NCBI RefSeq assembly: GCF_000281045.1
Contig: NW_008246092.1
Location: forward strand, 208,853 to 272,852
DNA length: 64,000 bases
Source: Saprolegnia diclina VS20
Taxonomy: Eukaryota
Direction: 5' to 3'
The notes beneath the pieces were generated by a model that did not search any database, was not told the DNA's origin, and saw nothing but the letters and a program-made list of their open reading frames with translations. How positions within the stretch are numbered: the stretch's first letter is position 1; each line of letters starts with the position of its first letter. Below are positions 55,801 through 64,000 of the stretch, piece by piece. A program made the translations under genes and the position numbers.

Positions 55801-58800
55801 GAGACGAGCCGATCGCTGAAGACGCGGGCGCACTCGTGCAGCCAAAACCGACCCATTCTTAGTGTCGTCGCAAACAGCTCGGGTTTCGTCGCGAGGAGAC
55901 CTTGGAAGAGCAGTCCGAGGTCCCGCAAGCTAAAGCTGTAGTGGGGCTTGACGGCTGTCGGCACGAAGTGTTCGCGCAAGTCGGCATGCAGGTCCATCGT
56001 CGCAGCGAGAAGCCCGGGCGCCATCTTCTTGACCCCGTCACTAAAGTGGCTCATGTGGTGGTGCCAGAGCGCCCCAAAGAGCGACGAGCACTCGGACCGC
56101 GTCGGGAAGAGGACGCCAAAGGTCGCAAAGTGCCGCTGGAGGCGAGGGTTGATGCCAAAGGACCCGGCTTTGTGGTTCATGCAGCCGACAAACTGGACGT
56201 CTTGCATCGTCTTTTTGCAGCCAACGTCATATCGGTCGTACCAGCCGCCATAGTCCATGTACTGCCGAAGCAGCTCGGCGTGGGTCTGCGTCCCGTACAC
56301 TTCAACAAACGGCAAATTGAGGTCGTCGAGGAAGTACACGAGGTGCGACTGCCGCGGCGGCCCGTAAATGCGACCCGACCGCTTCTCGACATGGCGCTCG
56401 AGCTCGGCTTGAAGCATCGCGGCGTCGGTATAGTAGTGCAAGCCAATGTTGGCGACCAACTGGTCTTCCTTGTGGCGTAAACACTCGGCCATGATCGTGG
56501 TCTTGCCGGTACCCGGGCCGCCGACCAGCATCACAGGTGTGTGACCGGGCAAGAGGAGCTCGACGAGAAAACTCAAGCGCGTGCTCTCGACCGTGGGGAC
56601 GACTACGTTGTATATAGGCATGTCCCCAAACACCATATTGCTACTGGGCACAACGTCGGCCCACATCACAAACTCGTTCGTGTCCAGCGAGAGACGAAAA
56701 TCAAAGACAGAGACATTTGGGTCGTCGCTGAGCGCATGCGACGGCTTGAAGAACGGCTTGACCACCTGGCTAAAGAGCCGGCGACTGTCGCGCGGCTCGC
56801 AGTCGAGCGCGCCGCCAAAGGCCCAGACCGCACAAAACAAAAACACATTCTCGAGCACGTCCGGGACCGCCTCCGGAGTGCGCGCGGCAAAGCCGTCGAG
56901 AAGCTTGCACAGCGTCGTCATAATCGCAATGGCGCTCGCCGGGACCATGCTACACAGCTCCTTCTTGTGCTCTGCGAGCACTTGGAAGAAGACATCCGCG
57001 TGCTTTCGGAAGAGCGCCGACCAGAGCGCAGCGTCGCGGCGCCGGCTCGCCCACGAGTCCACGTACGGCATCCACCCAACGTCCGTGTCGTTGAGGAAGA
57101 GGATGCCGGCGCGCGAGACGGTCGCCGGCGTCGCATTCACGAGCGAGTGGACCTCGAACACCATGCGCATCGACTCGGTGAGCGGAATGCGCTCGTTCGA
57201 GACGAGCGTGAGCACCTTATTGTCGTCCATGACGGTGTTCATGCTTTCGATCCAGACCGCGTCAATGTCGCCGTCAAGGACGACCCACTTGCCGCGCTGA
57301 TAGGACGTGTACGGCGCGACCTCCTTGCTCATGTTGCGCATGACGATCGAGAGCACGCCGTCCTTCCAGTCACGGCTGAGGGTCATGTACCCATACAGCT
57401 CGTCGGACGAAACGCTCTTGGGATTGATGGCTTCGTACACCACGACCGGCTTGGGCTGGCCGGCGTTGACAGCCAGCGCCAGCGTGCGCCAAATGGTCGT
57501 CTTGCCCGAGCCCGCAGGCCCGAGCAGCATGACCGAGTGCCGGACCTTGAGCAGCTGATCAAAGTCGACGACCTTCTTGACAAAGAGCTCTTCGGGCTGA
57601 AGGCCCTGGGCGACGCAGACCGACGCGCAGCTCGACCGAATGGTTGCATCGCCCGACGGTGCGTCCCCGGCAACGCACGCGGGGAAGAGGTCGTGAAGAA
57701 GGCCCAGGAACGTGGGCACGTCGCGCGTGGGGAGCTTTGGGAGGTTGAAATCCCGCAGCGCGCGCAACAGAATCGTGTCTTCGTCGCAGGTTGGGTCGGC
57801 GCGCTTGAGACTCCCGGCGACAAGAAGCACGGATTTCACAGCGCGGAGACCCCAGTCGTAGTGCACTTGTTTCGAGAGGAGCTCCGAGCTGAGCTGGTAC
57901 AAAGTCACAAATTTCTTGGCGAGGATTCGAGCCCGCAAAAACCCTTCCGACATGAGCATATTTTCGCAAATCGGCTGCACGTCCGGTCGAATCATGGCAC
58001 ACGATCGAAAGAGCGCCTTTAGGTTCTCGGGCAACTCGGTGCGGCCGGCGTAGCCCGGGTTCATCGTGATGAAGAAGCCGACGGTCGGGACGAGCATGAT
58101 TTTCTTCCCCGAGAAGAGGAAGCTGCCGACCTTGACGGGCGGCGTGCCTGCCGGTGCGCCTTGGTAGTCGACGTCGCGGTTGGCCGGCAGTGCCAGCCAC
58201 GTGATGGCATCGAGCACGGTCTTGACTTGGGTCGCAACCACAGAGAGGACCTCGACGTTGATGCGGTTGAATTCGTCAAAGCAGCCCCACGCGCCCGTCT
58301 GCGACAAGCCGCGGAAAATGTCGGCCATGGTCTGGTAGTTCATTTGGTCCGAGCAGTTGAAGACGTAGCACATCAAGCCCATGCCTCGTGCAAGGTCCTT
58401 GGTCGTCTCGGTTTTGCCCGTCCCTGCGGGCCCCGCCGGTGCCCCGCCCAAGTGCAATCGAAGGGCCGTTGTCATGGTGACGTAGCACCGATCGGTCAAC
58501 GGCGTAATGACGAGACGGCCGCAATTCCCAATGTACTCGTACGAATACGTAGCTCGGAAGTCGCACAGTCGGATAGCGACGTGCTTGGTCGTCTGTGGCT
58601 CGAGATAGTAGTAGCGGAGCTGCGATTGCCACGTAAAATCGAGTGCCGACGACACCTTCTTTGTGACAAGCGACGCAACCACGTCCCGTGCGTGGACGTC
58701 GACCGTAATGACTGTGATGACCTTCATGCGGTCGAGCCGTGTCATTTCACCTACATGCATATAGTCAACGAGAATAGGATGTCCTGACGAACCTTGGACG

Positions 58801-61800
58801 AGCTTGATGAGGTCGTCGAGGCGGGCGTTGCACGTGTCCAGGTACTTTTTCAGTGCGTCTTCTTGACCACCCTCGAGCTCTTCGAACGCCGACTCGGTCT
58901 CTTCGGTCCACACGATCTGCGATCCGAGCAGGCTCATTTGCGCAGGGTAGTCCATGACCCACGCATACCGCGCGACGTCCAATCCCCACGCCGACGACGC
59001 CTCGAGCGCGTCGTGCACGATCGTCTTGAGCATGAGTTGCATCATGAGCAAAAGGTCGTTGAGCCAGAGTTCGACCGGTGTCCCGTTCGCGATTGCAAAA
59101 AGCGATGGGAATGCCACGACTTCGCCTTCTTTCGATGTGACGGAAATGGCCGAGAGCGGCAATGCATTGGGCTCAAAGTTGAGCACGCGAATCCCGTCAA
59201 AGCAGTCGCCTAAATGCGGCTGGATCTTGAGCGGGTCGTTGCCGTTGGAGAGGATTTCGAGCAACGCCGCGTTCGAGACAAAGTAGAAGCGCGGGAAGAC
59301 GTCCTTCTTCGCATCGAGGTACTGGTTGAGCGCTTTTTGGCACACTTCGAGCTCGGCGTGGATGTCCCGAAGCACGCTCTCTCGGTCATTCTCGCCTGCA
59401 CACGCCTGCAGAATGGCCAAGTGGCCTTGGACATCGATGTAGAGCTCCTTCAGCGTCGCATCCACCGCTTCAAAGCGCTTGGTCTCTTGCGGCAACTGCA
59501 GCCGAATGTCTTGGGAGCTCAAAAAGATGCGTTCGAGCGAGAGCCACGTTTGCTGCACTGTAAACCAGAGCTTGAGTACGCTCTCGACGTTGCCGAGCGT
59601 CTGTTGCCAGTCGAGGACCTTGTCGCGAAAGTACTCGACAAACTTGCCAAGACCCGCCATTGTTTGCAGCAGCAATTGCTGCTCTTCCAGTGTCTCAATG
59701 ATGGCGTCGGTCTGGGAGGCCTGCAACACCTGCGTACCGTTCGGGTACGGCACGACCACGAGGCTCCAGTTGGCCCACACGTTTGCAATGTGGGCGAGGT
59801 CTGTCTCGATCTTGAGTTCGCGGTTGGCCATTTCGACAATGTCTTGGACTTCGGTCTCAAACCGATACAAATCGAGCTTGAAGAGGTCGTCGAGATGCAG
59901 ACTGCTGTCGACGCTGCTGGTTGGAAGCAGCCAAGTCGCGTGGTTGCGCGGTTTCGTGACGTGCAGCAAGCTCTTCCAGTGCCGCTCGCGCATCGCCGAC
60001 GAGTGGAGGATCTCAATCAGCGGCAACGTCGCGCCCATTTGCCTCAAATTGCTCTCGACAGTCTTGTAGATGGGCCAGTCGCGCGTGCGCACTGGGCACT
60101 TGAGGAGGAGGCTTGTCTTAGCGCGCACCACGTCGAGAAGCGCTTCGATCGATGCGTCTTGCCACAAGAGCGCTTGCCACGTGTAGAACGTCATGGCATT
60201 CTCATCGAGAAGCTGCCACACGCGGCTGAGGAGCGTCAAGTCGCTCCGGCACGTCTCAAGGCCGTCAAATGTCATTGGCGCAAGCTCAAACATGTCTTCG
60301 AGATTGCGGAGCCGCCGCGCCTCGGCCTCCATCTCGAGCAGCTTGGCATCGACCGTCGAGAGCGCGTCGTTCGCGCTCGCTACAACGACGTCGAACGCAC
60401 TCGAGTCGACGACGAGCGCGTCATAGCTGAACGGTGCTTTTTGCACAAAGTCCTCGCGGAACGCAGCGACGCGCTTGTGAAAGACATTGAGGTCGAGCTT
60501 GATGGCCTCGACCGCGTGGTTCTGGACCGGAGCTATCACTTCTTTCTTTTTGAACGTCTTGTTGACCATGTTGTCCCATCGCATTGGAGCTTGCTCGAGA
60601 CACGTCATCGCGGTTTCTTTGCCGACATAGGATGCATCGAGGTTGATGCCGTGCGTTTTGAGGAGCGCAACAATGTCGCGGAGGGGCCCAAACTGCACTT
60701 GCTTGAGCTGCATGAGACGCCGGACGTTCTGGATGTGGCCCATGACGGCCATGAGCGCGTTCGTGTCGCTCACGTCACGCTCAAGACCACTTGTGACGCG
60801 TCCGACAAAGTCGTCCATCCACGTGAGCTGGTTGATGACGCGATCGTGCAGAAATTGCGTAAACATGTAGACCCACTTTGTGACCCACGTGCTGAGCGCT
60901 TGCTTGATCGGAAGCGAGTTGACGCGCACGAAGCAAATATCGCGCGAGTGCTTGGCTTCGCTGATCTCGTTCTGGAGGCCAAGGTAGAGTCGGATTTTCT
61001 CATCGAACTGCGTCAAGTCGAGGTTGGGGCCCGACATGTCGACGCTGGTGCGATCCGGTGCCGGCACGTCCGCGGGGACCCACGCCGACGCCAAGAACGT
61101 ACTGAACATCGCGTTGAGGTCCGTGCTCCAGAGGTACTCGTACTTCATCAGGTCCTTCTTGTATTGGAGGCAGATGGTTTCTTGGGTTGCACAGCTCGCG
61201 ACAATGTCGGCGATGCACTTTTGCACTTGGGGGTGTTCGCGGAGCTCTTTGAGATACGTGCCGTCGGACGTATCGAGCCGCTTGAAGAGCGTTGTGATGT
61301 GCAGAATGCCCTCAATCCAGCGACCAGCAACGTCCTTGATGCCGACTTTGGACGGTGCACTGCCGATGGGCGGCGCAAACACAATGTCTTTGCCAAACAA
61401 GTCGAGCTCAATCTCTAGCAGCGGCGTCAAATCGTGCGTCTCGATCGTTCTTGGGTCGAGTTGCGACCCGAGGTACGCGAGCGAGTTCAAAACGACTTTG
61501 GTCAATCCGTCTTCGACAATGCCGTTGACAAAGTCGACGTACGCCCGCCAATCGGGCGAACCCTGGCTCACCTTGAGCTTCTTGAGCGTATCTTTCAAAA
61601 GCCGGTGGATCTCGTTCCCGCCTTCTTTGACCTGCTGGTACTTGGCCAAGCGTGTCGGTGCTTGGCTCTCGTCAAACTCGGCCACACTCATGGGCTTGCT
61701 CCGGCGCTCAAAGAGCGTTCCTACAGATTTCGTTCAATGCACTGACGAGACTGGTGCCGACGCATAAGTACCGTAGCACCAGCTCTCGAGCAGCTCGTGG

Positions 61801-64000
61801 ACGCGCGCCATGTGGCTCTTCATTGCATCGAGGAGTGCCGTCGCCTCGTGCACGTCGGTCATCGAGTCTTTCAAGAACATATCAATGCCGTGCGATTTCC
61901 AGTTGAGCGACCGAATGCCACGCGCCAGAATCTGGTCAATCTTGTCCAGATGCGCTTTCACCAGCGGCCGCTCGACAGGCAAGAGTGTCGTGTGCACGCG
62001 GTTGTACATGTCCACAATCAGATCCAAGTTGCCCGTTTGCCGGCGGAAGATTTCGGCTTTGCGGTAGATCGCCATTGCCTCTTCGGGCACTTCGAGGCCG
62101 AGACTCAAAAAGTACTTGACTTCGCGCAAGAGCTGTACGAGCGCCGGGTCGAAGTTGACAAAGACGAGACCCGACTCGGCCTCCTTCCGGAGCAATGGCA
62201 GCTTGAGCTTGGACTTGCTAGAGATTTCAATCGAGTGCGCCCACGTCTTGACGCTCGCGCTCTCAAACTCCATGAGCGACCCGACCAGCGTCGTGTACAT
62301 CTTGATGACGTCTTTCGAGTCTTCGCGCTCGAGGATCGCGCGGTTGAGCCACTTGAGCTTCTCCATGGGATACCCAATGCGGTCGCGGAGGCCGCGCGCC
62401 CACGCGACGGCGCCAGCGAACGGCGGAAAGTTGTACCCGATCGGCGGACTCTCGCGCTTCTCGACAAAGACTTGCTGTACAGCATGGAGGTCGGCGCTGT
62501 ACGCTGCAATCAGAATTGCATGCTTCTTCTCCAAATCGTTCTTGATGATGGGTCTACGCCATGGTGTGAAACGCTAAACAAGTCGCAAAATCAATACCGC
62601 TCGAGGAGATCGTCGAACGAGTCGAGGAGCTTGAAGCGGCCCGTGATGGACGTCGCGTCATCAAACGCTTGGTTGACAACGCTGGCCAAGCGTCGCTCGA
62701 GCTCCTTGTTTTTCGATCGAAACTCGTAAAAATCGTCGTCAAAGCCTTTCGCGTCAATGTCCAGAAGGTCATATGCGACGTTCTGCACGACAACGACTGT
62801 GTCGGTAAAGTCGGCATAAATCTGCTGCACGGACGTCGTGAGCGTCTTGCCCTTCGTGCCGCCCACCTACACTCAAACGTTGATATCACCATCATGTATC
62901 AATGTATCGACTTCGATTTTGGCGAGCTTGCCAAACTGGACAATCGTCTGCGTGAGTTCGAGCACGTCGTGGCAGCGCTCTAAGAACGCATCGAGGCGAA
63001 TAAAGAGCGCGTTGTTCTGAATGCGCCATTGGTTTTGCGGGCACTCGGTGTTGGCTTTGGCCTTGTAGTCAAAGTACACTGCTTTATAGTGTGCACAGAC
63101 GCGCAGCGTCGTCTTGAGGTTCTCGAGCGCGCGCGGCGTCTCGTCGGCCGCCATGAGCTCAAACAGCATCGCGCCGTTCATGTAGGCAAACGCCTATAAT
63201 CATCCATAAGCATCATATCAGATCGTAGTTGGGCGTACCTTGCGAATGAGCTCGTTGCAAATGTGCCGCACGAGCACGACAAGCCGCGGTGGCGTGTTGT
63301 AGAAGCGGCTCCATTTCCAGACAAGAAGAATCGAATGCATCATGGGCCGGAAGAGATCGACGAGCACTGTAAAGGTCGTCTCGCGCTCCATTGCATGGAA
63401 CCTACAGATCATGAGCATGGTACAAGTCGTTCAGAGACGGACCAAGGCAAGAGGGGAGCGAGGAAGAGGACATTGTCGTTGGCCTCGGCGCGCGCGTGGA
63501 AGACCTCCTTGCAGAGTTTGGCGAACGGTACGTTGTACGTGCTCTTGGTCGCGTCGAGGTACTGGAGCACCTTCCGGATGCTATCGCTCTGGAGCTGGTC
63601 AAAGATCGAGTTGAGATTCCGCGCTTTCCCGAGCCAGAACCGGTTCTCCTCGGACGGACCAGGATGCAAGCCCTTTTCGTTGGCGTTCAGGAGCGTCTCG
63701 GGATCTTGCTTGAGGATATTTTTGATCTGCTTTGTCCACGTAATGAGACACCCTTCGAGCACGTGGACTTGGTCCTTGACGTGTCCGCCGTGGTCTAAGT
63801 CGTCGCCAAATGTCTTGGACGTCGACTGCTCGGGCGGCAGCGGCAGGCACGTCTCGCCTTTCGTTTGCCCAAGCGTAATCTGCAAGCTCGAAAGAAAGAG
63901 CTGGAGGTTCTCCGAGATGGAGGTCGCGACCATTTCCGGCCATGCGTGCTGGTTGCCGCTGTGCGAGACAAGAGGCACAAAGACGTCCTGCATCATGCGC
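49841..64000 (-). CDS. Axonemal dynein heavy chain, outer-arm beta-like (DNAH9/11/17 type); 5' end may lie beyond the window
   Basis: P-loops [39 protein letters not shown]; stalk/MTBD; DHC_N1/N2; [18 protein letters not shown]; short GT-AG introns. Confidence 0.95.

Overview
Gene-dense, GC-rich eukaryotic DNA with many short (about 40-70 nt) GT-AG introns. A two-domain elicitin-like gene, an LRR-TKL receptor kinase, Inr/FPR-type core promoters and an axonemal dynein point to an oomycete, probably Saprolegniales (inference). About 28 protein-coding genes can be supported. They include an inverted pair of near-identical Zn alcohol dehydrogenases, TEN1, SLBP, prefoldin 6, GAA1, a polycystin-2-like channel, a NIPA-type transporter, a GRAB golgin, a divergent pair of COPI-associated proteins, FBPase, BUD13, C9orf78/Tls1, a mitochondrial carrier, riboflavin kinase and a PDZ-Tubby protein. 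An outer-arm-type dynein heavy chain covers more than 14 kb and runs off the right edge. There is one 210-nt assembly gap, and no rRNA, tRNA, CRISPR array or transposon was supported. The most unusual items are: (1) a Frizzled-like cysteine-rich ectodomain fused to the NIPA transporter, tail-to-tail with the PKD2-like channel; (2) an intron-containing chymotrypsin-fold protease with a viral-3C-like Cys nucleophile (GMCGG); (3) a spliced gene with a DUF3427/SRA-like domain sharing a promoter region with SLBP; (4) an intronless fungal-looking gene; (5) an LRR receptor pseudokinase; (6) a disordered protein ending in a TOS-like motif. Gene models were spliced by eye and family calls come from motif recognition, not database searches.
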